DNA from: Octopus vulgaris | Lineage: Eukaryota | NCBI GenBank assembly: GCA_951406725.2 | Contig: OX597822.1 | Location: 46,128,001-46,192,000 of the forward strand | Direction of reading: 5' to 3' | DNA length: 64,000 bases | Part shown: positions 1 through 13,663 of the stretch, one piece after another | Layout of the letters: every line of letters starts with the position of its first letter | Numbering within the stretch: the first letter of the stretch is position 1 | Program-made: the position numbers and the translations under genes | The notes under the pieces: generated by a model | Databases searched by the model: none | The model's input: the letters and a program-made list of their open reading frames with translations, nothing else | Told to the model about the DNA's origin: nothing

Positions 1-499
1 TAATAACAGCCAAATCAGCCCTTTTAAAATAAGAGAACACATTTGACATTGCAGTCCTACATAGTCTTAAAATGATCTTTATTCCTTAGTTTCATCAATC
101 TCTGAATTACCCCTTTAGAACTCCATCAGATTTAGTGAATCACATCTCTGCTTCCTGGATATCTCAATTCTACATCACAAGTTTCTTTTTAATTCCGTTT
201 ATTAGTTCCCTAATCCTCACCTCATTTACTGCATTTCATTTCCATATGTTCTCTTATTACCATCTTTACAATATTCCATTTAACCCTTTAGCATTCAGAT
301 TGTTTGAAATTAATCATGAATTATCTCAGGGCTTCAAGGTTTCAATGATGTGGAAGTTTACTTTTAAAATGACATGCCATTATAGGGTATGTGTGAGAGG
401 TTGGATCTGGTCACTTTGAACATAAAACAGGTAGAATATTTGAATTGGATACAATCGGTTCAAATACCAAAGTATTAAATCCTTTAACGTAGATTATTT

Positions 500-645
500 T
501 ATGGCCATCTTTCATTTACTGTTGTGGCAAGAGCCACTGACACCCCTGGCAGATTGGAGAATGGACTGGCCGAACTCTTACAAAGAGTAGAGGTCAGTAG
601 TAGTCAGAGAGAGCATTTTGGTCTTGCAAAGTACGCTGTGTGAAC
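500..645 (+). mobile_element. Possible R4/Dong-like RLE LINE 3' end
   Basis: VVARATDTPGRLENGLAEL..QREHFGLAK weakly resembles VVIGALGT..QK.AILG.ARIL. Confidence 0.3.
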
Positions 646-1739
646 ACATTGATTAAACCTCCACTGCATAATTTATTTATACCAACCTGTGGCAGGATAT
701 AAAACTTACTATTCTAAATATACAGTTATTATATAGAGATTTCGTGGCATTAATGTCTTTTCCATCATTCCCATAACCCTTTGCCTAGACGTGATCCATC
801 AGGGTTTGTTTGTTCGTGTAATTTCAAAGAAAATAGAAAAACAACTGCATATCTGAAACTGATTTTGTTGAATTTTTAACCACCATTTCTGCTCCTTTAC
901 CCTATTCCCTCTTTCATATTTACCCTGTACCTTGAGCCCACCTCTCTCTCCCTCTCTCTCTCTGCAACTGAGGAAGCCATGTATTCTCCTCTTTAGCAAC
1001 ACACTTGTTCCTGACCCTCTGTCATACTTTCATATCCCTCAATACAACACCTCTACTCCAATAAAGGGGCTTGTCCAGCAAGCACTTAATGGCCTCACCA
1101 GTGACAGGGCCATGAAGAAAGCACCTGGTATGTTCTATAAAGTGGTTGGTATTAGGAAAGGCAGCCTGTTGTAGAAACTAAGCCACAGCAGACACTGGAC
1201 GCCAGAACAGACTCCTAGCATGTCAGTTCATGGCAAAACATTCAATACATTCCAGTATGGAAAACATGACATACAATGATGTTGATGATGATAATGAAGA
1301 TGATGATGATGATGATGATAATGATGCAAACTTTTTGAACCAATTTTCTTAAACGTTTTCCTTAAACATTTAACTATGCTGTGTAAATCTTTCAAACCAA
1401 TTTGCTACTTCCTCGAAATTTTAAACACGCTATAAATAAAAATGATTTTGTAATTTTAAACACCGACGAATGATTATGATTTAAACTACTAACTAAGTAG
1501 TTGCTGCAAACATTCCTGGAAGGAATAACAAATGCTAATATGATGATATAACAACAAAAACAAGAGATTGTAGAAGCAAGTGAAACCTCAACAGATACTG
1601 CATATTGTGATGAAGTCATTAATTGAAACAAAAAAAAATAATAAATTAACCAAACCAATTAGTTAAAAATTATCATATTACAACAATGCCTTAGTAGTTA
1701 TTGCCTTATTTGAAATGTAATATGCAGATATTGGACAAC

Positions 1740-1960
1740 ATTAGGTTACCATGTTAGCAGACAAAGCAAGAGAGCTTTATTCATGGCCCTTAAACCTGCT
1801 AGAAATAACAACCAAATCTCCCTCAAATCATACCCTGTGGTCATAAAACAGGCAGATCACATTAGAAACACTATAAAAGATACAAAGGTCATAACTAGAA
1901 TACTTTTGGACATCAGTCAGCTTGACCAAGGCTGTTCTGGGGTTAAACAACAACAACAGC
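1740..1960 (+). mobile_element. Older short interspersed family with (AAC)n tail (also 1-65, 2640-2780, 2990-3110, 40820-40930, 52190-52330)
   Basis: Recurrent ctgctagaaatagcagccaaatctccctcaaatc motif and ggggttaaacaacaac tail. Confidence 0.65.
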
Positions 1961-2075
1961 AGGTAGCCCTGTTGGTAGAATTGGCAGATGCCTTATAGAT
2001 GTGCTTGGAGTTGTTTTTGAAATAAGACTAACCAAAGAGGTTAGTCTTAAGAGTCAGATTATTCTGTCAAGTATA

Positions 2076-2430
2076 TCATCATCATCACCATTATCATCAT
2101 TTAGCGTCCATTTTCCATGCTGGCATGGGTTGGACGGTTTGACTGAGGACTGGGGAGCCCCTGGTTGCACCAGGCTCCAATTTGATCTGGCAATGTTTCT
2201 ATAGCTGGATGCCCTTCCTGACACCAACCACTCCAAGAGTGTAGTGGGTGCTTTTTACATGCCACTGGCAAGGGAGCCAGTCAGGCAGTCCTGGTATCAA
2301 TCACATTCAGATAGTGCTTTTTACGCACCACCAGCAAGGGAGTCAGTTAGGGGTACCGGTATCAGCAACATTTGGATGGTGCTTTTTTACATACCACCAG
2401 CACAGGAGGCAGTCTTGGCATCAATCATAC
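2076..2430 (-). mobile_element. RTE-tailed element with about 3 repeat units
   Basis: Reverse complement of the conserved core plus gtgctttttac repeats. Confidence 0.85.
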
Positions 2431-2787
2431 CATCCCAGCTTTGAGATGTGATTGTATATTTTTAGCATGACATTGCAGGGTAGGTATGCGAGGTTGGATC
2501 TGGTCAATTTTAACATAAAACAGGTAGAATATTTGGGTCAGATATGGCCAGTTTAAATGCTTAAGAGTTAAGAGGGAAGAACATTGAGTTTTCCGAAATT
2601 AGTTCAGTCACATATGGTCCTGAGTTCAAGTCCCATGAAGAATAGTCTGTGACACTTTCATGCTTCTAAAGTTAATTGTTTTAAATATCCAAGATTACAT
2701 TGCCAAACAAGTCCCTCATTTATAACATCACAGGGTGGAATTCGAGAGATTTGGCTGCTATTTCTAGTAGGCTTGGATCAATTAGAC

Positions 2788-2982
2788 CAGGGGTTCCCAA
2801 CCAGGGGTGCGAGATAACATTCCCGGGGGGTGGCGGGTGGAGCAGGGCTGGGTTTATAGAGGGTCAAAGAGGGCAATTGCCCTGGGCACCTTTATTTTTA
2901 TATAAATTATTTCTTTAAGGGGTGCGAGAACATATTAAAAGATTTTAGGGGTGCAGGGCATCACAAAAGTTGGGAACCACTG
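2788..2982. mobile_element. hAT (Charlie/Buster-like) MITE
   Basis: TIRs caggggttcccaac / gttgggaaccactg and perfect 8-bp TSD aattagac. Confidence 0.9.
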
Positions 2983-5900
2983 AATTAGACTTGTGCTCAA
3001 ACATGTTCTACATATGACCATTCCATGTTTCAAATACTTAAGATTACATTGTCCATAGTATCCCTCTTTTTTAAGACCATAGGGTAGAATTTCTGATTTG
3101 GCTGCTATTAGATTTAAACTTGATGTTCCTTAACAAAAGAAAGACTGGTATATTAAACTGTTTTGTGCAGTTAAGGGTAATGAAATTTCTAAATGGATGT
3201 ATCTGATTTCTGCAGTAAAGAAGGTTAACCCAATAATATGTTCCTTTCATTTAATTTGGGGAGTAACACCACAATTCTTCACAGTAAAAGTAGACACTTT
3301 CCTGTACAGAATTTAATTCTTTTGTTACACAAACAGCAAGCAACGTTTTTGTTTTTGTTTTTTTAAATTATTTTACCTCCATTTCCTCCTCGTTATGAAA
3401 TAATGGATTTAAAATGTCTAGCATTTTAGCAAATTTTGAAGATTTATCTGGGGTTGGACTGATTACTTTTACAACAGGATGCCCTGCCTACTGTTAAGCA
3501 CTCAACCATGACAGACTTGTTTGCTGTGAGAGCCCATCATCAAGTCACATCACTCCCTAACCCAGTTTGCTTTCTAACTGAATATATGTTACCAAACAAA
3601 TAAATTCTTCAACTCACTCTTAGACTGACAGTGGTGTGGATTTAACAACTAAAAAGCTAAGCTGAGTCAATAAAACAACTCTGAACAAAAGAATTAGCAT
3701 GTTTACATCATTCATTTACTAAAGCTAACCCCACCAAACATATTTTAAAAACACTCTACTTACTCACAGCATTATAGCTTCTACCTTTTACTTGTCTCAG
3801 TCATTGGACTGTGGCCACGCTGGAGAACTGTTCTGGACGGTTTAGCTCAGGGGTTCTCGATCATTTTTTACCCTGTGGACCCCTTTCATTCTTATTTTCT
3901 TCTACTATCTCTCATAGCCACTCAGTGTTTAAAAAATTCCTACTGTATAATTATGCTATGCAGTGTAGAAGTATAAACCGTTTATTGCAGATAAATTTTA
4001 ACAACAAAAATATCATATTGATCCCTAAAGGGGTTAAGGACCCTGGTTGAGAGATTTAGTCGAACAAATTAACTCCAGGACTTATAACTTATGCCTGGTA
4101 CTTATTCTATCGGTCTCTTTTGCTGAACTGCTAGGTTATGGGAACATAAATGGTGGTGACAAACATAAAAACAAACATAGATACACACACATGATGGGTT
4201 TCCACACAAAATCCATCTACCAAATTCACTCACGAGGCATTGGTTGGTCTGTGGCTACAGTTGAGAACATTTGCCTAAGGTGCCATGCAATAGGATTGAA
4301 CCCGGAACCACTGAGTTGCAAAGCAAGGTTCTTAGCCACACAGCCATGCCTGCACCTTCTCTTTTCTCTTTATTTATTTATGGTTTGGAACAGAAAGAAG
4401 CAGTGCCTGTGGTTTTTTTCAGGGTCACTGAGACTGAAACAGGAAAGATAGGAAGATCTTGATATCTCCAGATTGGAGATCAAGTCCATATGCAATCAAC
4501 ATACAGGAATCTCAGTAAGGGACCTTCGGCTCAGATTGCAGTAATAAACAGGGCTAAGAATGACATAATGAGTGAAAAAAGAAGGGATTATATTCAAAGT
4601 TGTAATAACTGAATTCCACATGAAAAGCACCCGATACACTCTGTAAAGGGGTTGGTGTTAGGAAGAGCATCGAGCCATAGAAACCACAACAAAGCCGACA
4701 TTGGAGCTCAATGCAGTCCTCTGGTTTACTGATTCCAGTTGAACTGTCCAACCCATTCTGGCATGGAAAATGGATGTTAACTGAAAAGGAGAAGCAGGAG
4801 TTCACAAACTCAGCATCTGGAGAGAGGAGTGGTTCACAGTTGGTCAAGCTCATCTGAAACAGTTCTTCCAGGTTAGTATTATTAATAAAAGATGTGGATT
4901 GTACAACAACTATAGGAATTACTTTGGGGGTCACCAGAACTGCTAGAAATAGCAGCCAAATCACTCTACAATTATACAGGTCTTGAAAAGAGAGATCCTT
5001 CCCGAGTCATACAGACTTATAGGGCGGGTTTCCCACTTTCTGTAGCATATATATTTTCCCCTTGGACAGGACACTGGTCTGTCATAAGAAAACTCATTTT
5101 TGCCAGCTTAGTGGACAGGATCAACGTGAAATGAAATGTTTTGCTGAAAAACACAATGCCGTGTCCAGTGCAGGAATCAAAACCACAATCATATGATCAT
5201 GATTCCAACACCCGAACCATTAAGCCATGTGTCTCCACAGTACTTGAAAAGGAACAATATAATCCAAAACAGACGACTGTCATTGTTGTCATTCAGGTGG
5301 TCATCAAGCCCTGGACACTACTGTTTCAATTCCTAGACTCATAGGGCTGGTTATTCAGTTTCCATGGCAAATAAGTGACCAAGATCACAACAGTTCTCCT
5401 TAACAGGGCACCAGCCTTTGACAGTGTTACCCATTTGCAACTGAACTGCGAAATGAACTGTTTTGCTCAAAAACACAATGCACCATCTGGTCCAGGAATC
5501 GAACCTACAACCATACAATCGTGAGTGTAACACATTAACCACAAAGCCATGTACCTTCAGATACACATGGCTCAACACCATTTTGTCTGGAACCCCTTTG
5601 AATATAGACCTGTTCAGTCAGAATTGAACTGGGGTGAACAACAACACTCAAAAACTATGGCTGGGCAACACTGTAAAGATTGACAGACAAGGTCATACAA
5701 GGTTGACATACAGCAACCATACTGTGGTATGGCGCTACCAGAAAGATGATGTTTAGAATTAAGTAGTGAGTAACCATTGAGAAAATTGACATCTTGATTC
5801 CCTGAAAAAACTAGTGGAGTAATAAATGAAGATTTAATATGTTGTTAATTATGAGTTAGTGAAATAATTCACAACAGTGCTGCCACGAATGACATTTCTC

Positions 5901-6504
5901 TCCCAGAAAATATGAATTATGGTGGTTTCTTTTCAATAATATTTTCAGATGTATGTATGGACATGTGTGTGTGTGGTTAAGAAGTTTGATTCCCAACCAT
6001 ATGATTTCAGGTTCACTCCCACTGCATGGCATCTTGGGCAAGTTGTTTGATACTGTGGCCATGAACCAACCAAAGCCTTGAGAGTGAATTTTGTAGGGGG
6101 AAACTGAAAGAGGCTTGTCGTGTGTGTGTGTGTCCATGCACTGATACTGTGTCGTTGTTGCAAATGAGTGTCGCTGTCATATAAGCAAAATAATTCATTT
6201 CCAATCTTCTGCAAGAACATGTCTGGTCATGGGGAGATATTGTCTTACTTCGAAACAGGTGAAGGTTGGCAACAGAAAGGACATTGGTTATAGAAAATCT
6301 GCCTCAATAAACACCTGCCAACCCAAGCAGACATGGAAAAGTAAACATTAAAAATTATGATATATATAAGGGTAGAAATTTTGCCAGATCAGATTGGAGC
6401 CTGGTGCAGCCTTCTGGGTTGCCAGTCCTCAGTCAAACTGTCTAACCCATGCCAGCATGGAAAGCGGACGTTAAACGCTGATGATGATTGCATGTGTGTG
6501 TATG

Positions 6505-7078
6505 GGGGGGGTCCAGCCACTTATGCGTACCTTTACTTCTTTGGACACAAAATTCAGCTTGCGAAGACCTGTTGAGGCAAGTGAAATCGAAGTCAAACCA
6601 AATTCGACGACTGGCACTCATGCCAACCTTCCTTCATTGGACTTGGCACCTGTGCCAGGGGAGTGCTAACAGCTCCATCCAAGTAGGATCACTGCAAGAG
6701 CAGCTGTCTGGCTTCCATGCTGGTGGCACGTAAACAGCACCATTTGAGAGTGATCATTACCAGTGTCGCCTTACTGGCACGTGAACAAACATTTGAGCGA
6801 GGTCGTTGCCAGTGCCGCTGGACTGGCTCCTGTGCATAAAAAGCACCATTTGAGCATGGCAGTTGCCATACCGCCAGACTGGTCCTCGTGCCAGTGGCAC
6901 GTAAAAGCACCCACTACACTCTTGGAGTGGTTGGCATTAGGAAGGGCATCCAGCTGCAGAAACTCTATCAGATCAGATTGGAGCCTGGTGCAGCCATCTG
7001 GTTCGCCAGTCCTCAGTCAAATCATCCAACTCAAGCTAGCATGGAAAGCAGACGTTAAATGATGATGATGATGATGAT
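6505..7078 (+). mobile_element. Longest copy of the RTE-tailed element, flanked by extra 3' tails (6375-6488, 7084-7181)
   Basis: Unique 5' leader, about 4 diverged hairpin units, conserved core and (TGA)n tail. Confidence 0.85.
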
Positions 7079-7347
7079 GTATATCAGACTGGAACCTGGT
7101 GCAACCTCCTGGCTTCCCAGACCCTAGTGGAACCGTCCAACCCATGCCAGCATGGAAAACAGATGTTAAACAATGATGATGATTATATATATATATATAT
7201 ATATAACATATATATATATATATATATATGCACATGTACAAACTTGCACACACACACACTTGTATGTACATTAATAGATTTTTAATATTTCATGAAGATA
7301 ACTAGCATTAGGCATTTCTATTAGGTTAATAAGCATGAATGAGTAAA

Positions 7348-7397
<50 letters not shown>

Positions 7398-7668
7398 CAC
7401 ATATACACACACATATAAATAAGAGCCCATAATGTTATTTATATTAACTTAGAGATAATACAGTACAGCTATGGAAGTAAATAGGGGAAGAGAAGTGAGG
7501 AAGAATAAAGCACAGCTGATTAACCTAGCATAAATTAAGACCGTATTGTTAATGAATGTCATTAGCAGTAACTAGCTGACCTTTTTTTTTAATGCATGGT
7601 GTGTGTGTGTGTGTGTGTGTTTCTGGAGGACTAGGTCAGTCCATGAACAGTATCTAAGACTGCCTCAA

Positions 7669-7898
7669 GGCGACGAGCTGGCAGAATCGTTAGCATGCCA
7701 GGCGAAATGCTTAGTGGTATTTCATCTGTCTTTGCGTTCGCAGTTCAAATTCCGCCAAGGTCAACTTTGCCTATCATCCTTTCAGGGGTCGATAAATTGA
7801 GTACCAGTTGCATACTGGGGTTGATCTAATCAACTGCCCCCCTCCTGCCAGTCCCCCAAAATTTCGGATCTTGTGCCTAGAGCAGATAAAAAAAAAAG
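7669..7898 (+). mobile_element. tRNA-derived Nin/Deu-domain SINE
   Basis: ggcgacgagctggcagaatcgttagc head, agttcaaattcc B box, tcatcctttcaggggtcgataaa domain; ~15-bp TSD atctaagac(t/c)gcct. Other copies at 13860-14030, 19956-20190, 50740-51085, 53270-53410, 55258-55470. Confidence 0.9.
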
Positions 7899-10129
7899 AT
7901 CTAAGACCGCCTTAGCATTACATTGTTGCTACAACCATCAGTATGTAACCCTAGGTTGTTAGTCAAGGGACTAGGACAATACGAAGATCTAGTGATTTGT
8001 ATTTGTGTCTAGACAGGGTGTAATATTTGTAACTTTGTGAAAAAGCAGCTGTGCTGGCACCACATAAGAATCTCCCATACTGGTGCCACATAAAAAGCAC
8101 CCTGTAGACACTGTAAAGTGGTTGGCATTGGGAAAGGCATTCAACCATAGAAACCATGCCAAAACAGACAATTGGGACTTTGTGCAGCTCTCCAGCTCCT
8201 GCCAAACAGTCCAGTCCATGCCAATATGGAAAAGAGATGTTAAATGATGATGATGACGATGATGATGGTGATGATATTGATGATGATGATGATGATCTAA
8301 GAATTCTGACAATCCACCCCCATTTAAAAGTGGTATCTGGTTTTGCAATAGTGTTCAAGGATTTTGTAGGTATGTCTTGACTGAAAAGCAGAGAGACGGC
8401 TTTGTCATGGTGTTCTGGACTATAAACTTAAGAGGATCTTGTTGTAGTAGTGGCGGTGGTGGTGGTGGCGGCGGCGGCAGCAGTGGTTGTTATAATAGTA
8501 GGGAGGAGCTGTAACTGTAGTTGTTTTCATTTGCTTGCATGGTATTCTGTGTATCCAGAAGATTCTTTCAGTCTCCCCGGTGAAAGCTCCATACACAGAA
8601 GTCCTTTGTTGAATCAATATCAGTCGTCATCCTCATTGTTTTAATGTCCACTTTCCCCTGCTTGCATGGGTTGGATGGAGTTTAATGGGGCAGGTTTTCT
8701 ATAGCTCGGTGCCCTTCCTGTGACCAACCCTCACCTGTTTTCCAAGTAGGGTAATATTTCCCCTTGGCCAAACATTTTTGCGCAAAATATTAGATATACA
8801 TTACACTGCCTGTATGACAGTGACACTCATTTACAACAATCACATGATGTCACAAGGGGAGACACACAAACACAGAGGCTATTTTCAGTTTCTGCCTACC
8901 TAATCTACTCACAAAGCTTTGGACAGCTTGGGCCTACAACAGAAGACTTTCAGCTGACACAAGATCACTGCCTCCAATACCCACTTCTCTCAAAGGTTCT
9001 TTGCCTTGCAAGTTACTTGGTGACCCTGCCAGTGCTGGTACCATGTAAAAAGCATCCAGTCCACACTGTAAAGTGGTTGGCATTTGGAAAGTCCTCTAGC
9101 TGTAAAAACCATGCCAAAACTGACGTTGCCTGTGTTGGTTCCACATAAAAAGCACTCAGTCCATTCTGCAGGGTGGTTGGTGTTAGGAAGGGCATCCAGC
9201 TTTGAAAAAACCATACCAAAACATACAAAAGTCTGGCGCAGTCTTCTGCCTGGTCAGCTCCTGTCAAACCATCCAACCCATGCCAGCATGGAAGACCAAC
9301 GTTAAACAATGATAATGATGATGATTTTCCCACAGTTCCACAGAGTGGCACTGAACCCAAAACCATGTGGTTGGGAAGCAAACTTCTCAAGCACACAGCC
9401 ACACCTGCACCTGTGCCAGAAGCATTTAAAAATCTTCTCTACAAACACATTAACTGAATGACATGCAGAAACTGTGATTAACTCCCATCTTCACAGCAGG
9501 ATCCTCTATGACCAGATACATAATGCTCAGTACTTGGATGGAGAAGAAATGAAGCAATTTACAGACTAACTGAAAAGCATATTGAAGAAGGGCAACATCA
9601 ACCGTTCATAAAAAAAAGACTAATATCCACTGCTGTCTATGGTGCTCTCATTGCTAGAAGAGGGCTGAGAGTAGGGGAGACGAGAAACACTTAACAGCAT
9701 CAAGAGAAACAAGAAAAGGGACACATTTGTGAAACAGCCCTTTATCAGTTGTATTGTATACAGCTAAAGTTGTACCTCAAGGACTGGAATGTACATCAGC
9801 AGAAGATCCACAAGAAAGGGAGGTGGTCATAATTGGATTTGATAGACAACCAGGCAAGTAATAGAAAGTTTATTGTTTTAACCCTTTCAAGGACAACCTG
9901 CCCAAGACCACCTCTGTTACTATGATACAAATTTCCTATATAAAGTGATCTAAATTAAAACATGTCCCACTAAAACTCCATGTTAATTTATGCTACAATC
10001 ACCAGATTAATAATGGCCAAGATATTTTACAAAATTCTTAATTATTTTCAAAATTAATTGAAACAAATGCAATATAGTTCAAGAGAAATACCGTAACAAA
10101 AGGGTTAAACGGCTCCAAACTTTGATGGT

Positions 10130-10410
10130 TTATTTCAAAGTTGAATGGTCTCCTGTGATTCCTATCAAAAACATTTGTGTCCTAATGCTCCAAGCAGTCC
10201 CTATACCATCACATAAAGTGAATGTGATAGGAGGTCGGCCAGTGAAAATTGTAAACCTGTTCATCTTGGGATCTGGAAGGGACATCGCTACCAAGGGTAG
10301 CACAGACTGGATACAAGCAGGGGCTTGATTAATCTTTGCCGGGTCACCTGGGTGAGTGTGTCTGAACACCTAATAACCCCAAGAAACATCACTGATCATT
10401 CGTCCAGGGT
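10130..10410 (+). mobile_element. HERO-like LINE 3' end, different subfamily
   Basis: gggtcacctgggtgag.gtgtctg..aacacc.aat.acccca..acatcactgat resembles the HERO 3' UTR as I recall it; not search-verified. Confidence 0.5.
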
Positions 10411-11069
10411 AATGTAGGGGAGAAAACAACAACTTGATGCCAAGGAGGGGGTGATTATGCTTGAATAAGAGCTGGATGGTCAAATGATAACATCTTTGAT
10501 TATAATTTTGCTTAACCAACAACAAAAATTGTTGATACACTATATATTTAAGATAGAGAATAGATAAGCGCTGTTTTGAAGATGCTGCTAGAGGTTGGGA
10601 ACAAGTGAAGAGAGATCAAGTAACTATTTAGAAATATCCATTGTTGGCATGTCATAGTTAATATTATTTGAACACAGGCATGATTATGTAGTCAAGAATC
10701 TTGCATTGCAACCATGTGGATTCAGGTTCAGTCCCACTGCATGGCACCTTGGAGCCTTGGACCAACCAATGCTTTCTGAGAGAATCTGGGAGACAGGAAC
10801 TAAGTGGAAGCCTGCTGTGAGTGTCTGGTTCAGTTGAGAACAAAATTAGTTCAAGATATATATCCATCAGTCAAATGAAGAGCACTTTGAGCTGATTATG
10901 GTGTTTTTACACCTTTTAGCCAAAGCAACACTTTTTCCTGTCCATCAAAGATCACATTGAAAAGCCTTTTACAGGTTTCAAATATCTCTCAAGCATATTT
11001 GAACTGGTATGAAGTTTGTTTACTTTTAGTCATTGCATCGTGCATCTACTCACAAATATACATCTGTGT

Positions 11070-11185
11070 AGACAAAGAGATGAGAAAGGATCTACAGACA
11101 TTGGGACTCACAGAGGCAATGACAGGGAACCAAGACTCCTGGCGGTTTGCTGTGCTTGAAGAAGATATGTCAAGCTAAGTAAAAG
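11070..11185 (+). mobile_element. RTE LINE ORF 3' end
   Basis: RKDLQTLGLTEAMTGNQDSWRFAVLE; homologous to 38605-38880. Confidence 0.7.
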
Positions 11186-11992
11186 CATGGTTGTCCTTGA
11201 ATACAGGCTTGTCCCCAACAACCCTCTTCAGTTGAGCATCCTTAATCTTGGGGATTTGTAGGTGTTGGTGCCATGTAAAAGCACCCATACTGGTGCTTGT
11301 GTAAAAGCACCCAGTACACTCTATAAAGTGATTGGCGTTAGGAACAGCATCCAGCTGTAGAAACCATGCCACAACAGACATGGACCTGAACAGCCCTTCA
11401 GCTGGTCAGCTCTTGTCAAACTATCCAACCCATGCCTGCATGGAAAACAGACATTAAATGATGATGATGATGATGATGTGTGTGTATCTTTGTGTTTCTC
11501 CCCTGCCACTGCATGACTACTGGTGGTTGGTTTGTTTACAGCCCTAAAAGAGACCGACTGAATAAGTAGCAAACTTATTAAATTGATAAGGGGATCAATT
11601 TGTTTGAGTTAACACTTCAAGGTGATGCCCCAGCATGGCTGCAATCCAATGACTGAAACACGTAAAAGATAAAAGATGAGAAACACAACTAGTTTTGAAT
11701 CTCTGAGTGAGATAATTATATTAATGAAGTCAAGAGCAATGAAGGAATTGATACACAATTCCAATTCTTCTCACAGACACATTGTCAACTTTGACCCCCC
11801 AACAATCACGAAGGCTAGAAATATTTTATAAGAAGAGAAGAAACCAAGAAACTGGTTGTCAAAAACAGGCCGTTCTAATGAATAACCCAGCAGATAATGT
11901 AATCCAAAAGATAAATCTCGAGCATTAAGGATAAGGCATCTTAAGCAATTTGCTGGTGCCACATAAAATGCACCTGTGCCAGTGCCACTTAA

Positions 11993-12213
11993 CCCTTTAA
12001 TTAACAACCTGGCTGAAACCAGCTCTGGCTCTCAGCACAAATGTCTTGTTTTCATAAGTTTTGAATTAAAATCTTCCACCAAGCCTTAATCACAATTTAT
12101 GTTCCTAACACTAGCTGAATGATAACTAAGTCATTTTACTAAATTCTTTGTTATATCTAAAATCAATTGAAAGAAACACACAGTATCTCAACAGAAATAT
12201 GGTAACAAAAGGG
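11993..12213. mobile_element. TTAA-flanked piggyBac-like MITE, family 2 (also 9882-10104, 12234-12363, 23484-23705)
   Basis: TTAA|cccttt ... aaaggg|TTAA, with a shared interior (aaattctttgttatat..gaaagaaacacagagcatctc). Confidence 0.8.
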
Positions 12214-12789
12214 TTAACAAATGATTAATTTAACCCTTCTGATACCAACCCGGCTGAAACTGCCTCTGGCTACCCTAGCTTAATGGTAACTAAATTCCTT
12301 GTTATATTTAAATTAATTGAAAGAAACACAGAGCATCTCAAAATAAATACAGTAATGAAAGAGTTAAAGCACCTAGTACACTCAACAAAGTACACCAAGC
12401 CAAAACAGATGATTGGAGCCTGGTGCAGATCTCTGGCTTGCCAGCTTCTGTCAAACCATCCAACCCATGATAGTATGGAAGATAGACATATGATGATGAT
12501 GATGATGGCGATGCTCTAAGAATTCTGCTACCCCACCCCCATCCTACTGAAAAGGGGTCCTTGTTCAGACACAAGGTCAGCAATCCCAGTATATGATTAG
12601 TATTTTATTATACAATAGGCACAGACAGGGCTGCAAGATAAGAAGTTTGCTTCCCAAGCACACGGTTCCAGGTTCAGTCCCACTGTGGGACACTTTGAGC
12701 AAATGTCTTCTACTATAGTCCTGTGCTGACCATAGCTATGTGAAAGGATTTTGTAACTGAAAGATGGCCAATTTATGTGCATGTGTCAG

Positions 12790-13120
12790 CATCTCTGATC
12801 ACAAGCAGAAGTAGTGGGGGAGCATCATATGTTGAGAGGAATTCTTTAGGGTTTGGATAATTCACCTTTGGAAACATGGGTGTTATGTTCAACATCCTTG
12901 AACAACCCTTATTCAGGGACCTTTTGAGTGGGATAGGCTACTCGATCTGAAGAAAATTCTAACTGCAAGGTCATGTACTGTTTATCTTGATATGAGATCA
13001 CTAAGTCGCACACATATGGTTGTCATGCACGTGCCTGGTGTACCCTTATCAGACGGGTAGTCATGATGGGTATACTGGGCTCTGTATATTTTACCCAGAG
13101 TCACTTTGATGGTATGCATG
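12790..13120 (-). mobile_element. Interspersed repeat, probably a LINE 5' region
   Basis: Recalled as a common Octopus repeat (catgactacccgtctgataagggtacaccagg); single copy in this window. Confidence 0.4.
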
Positions 13121-13443
13121 GGATTTTTCCTGAAAAAAAAGTATATCTATCTTTTTCTATTCAACTGCAATAATAAACATTTTAGCTTTTTTTTTTTTTT
13201 GAAACTATAGTATCAAATGCTAATGTGTATGAAATCTCAATGAATGATACAGATGGGAAATGCAAAAACAAAGCAAAGAAAAAACGTTTTCAAAACAGTC
13301 AGTATTTTTGTAGTTCACAATTTGCGATTTATGACATAAAATGCCCTCTAGAATTAGCCAGAGCAAATAATGACAAACTTTAACTACTAAATATTGTTAA
13401 ACACACCTCTGCAAATGCATTGTACATAAGCAATTCACTTTAA

Positions 13444-13663
13444 CCCTTTAGCATTCAGATTACTCTGTCAAATGTAAAGCCTGTTTAATCACATTGTTTT
13501 AAATTAATAGTACAGCATCTTGTAACTCTGAGATTTTGATGATGTCCCTGTTTACTTTTAGAATGGCTTTGTAGGATAGGTGTGAGAGGTCAGTGCTGGC
13601 TGGTTTAAGCATAAAACAAGAAGACAATTTTGGCCTGATATGGCCGGTTTAAACACTAAAGGG
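13444..13663. mobile_element. TTAA-flanked piggyBac-like MITE, family 1 (also 284-474; partial 2437-2567)
   Basis: TTAA|ccctttagcatt ... aacactaaaggg|TTAA. Confidence 0.8.

Noticed and set aside
705-855. Minus-strand exon ending in GTAAGT
   Set aside because: All frames from the better acceptor contain stops, and the alternative acceptor is weak.
10130-10369. Minus-strand 79-aa ORF as a host exon
   Set aside because: No splice signals; better explained as the antisense of a HERO-like 3' end.
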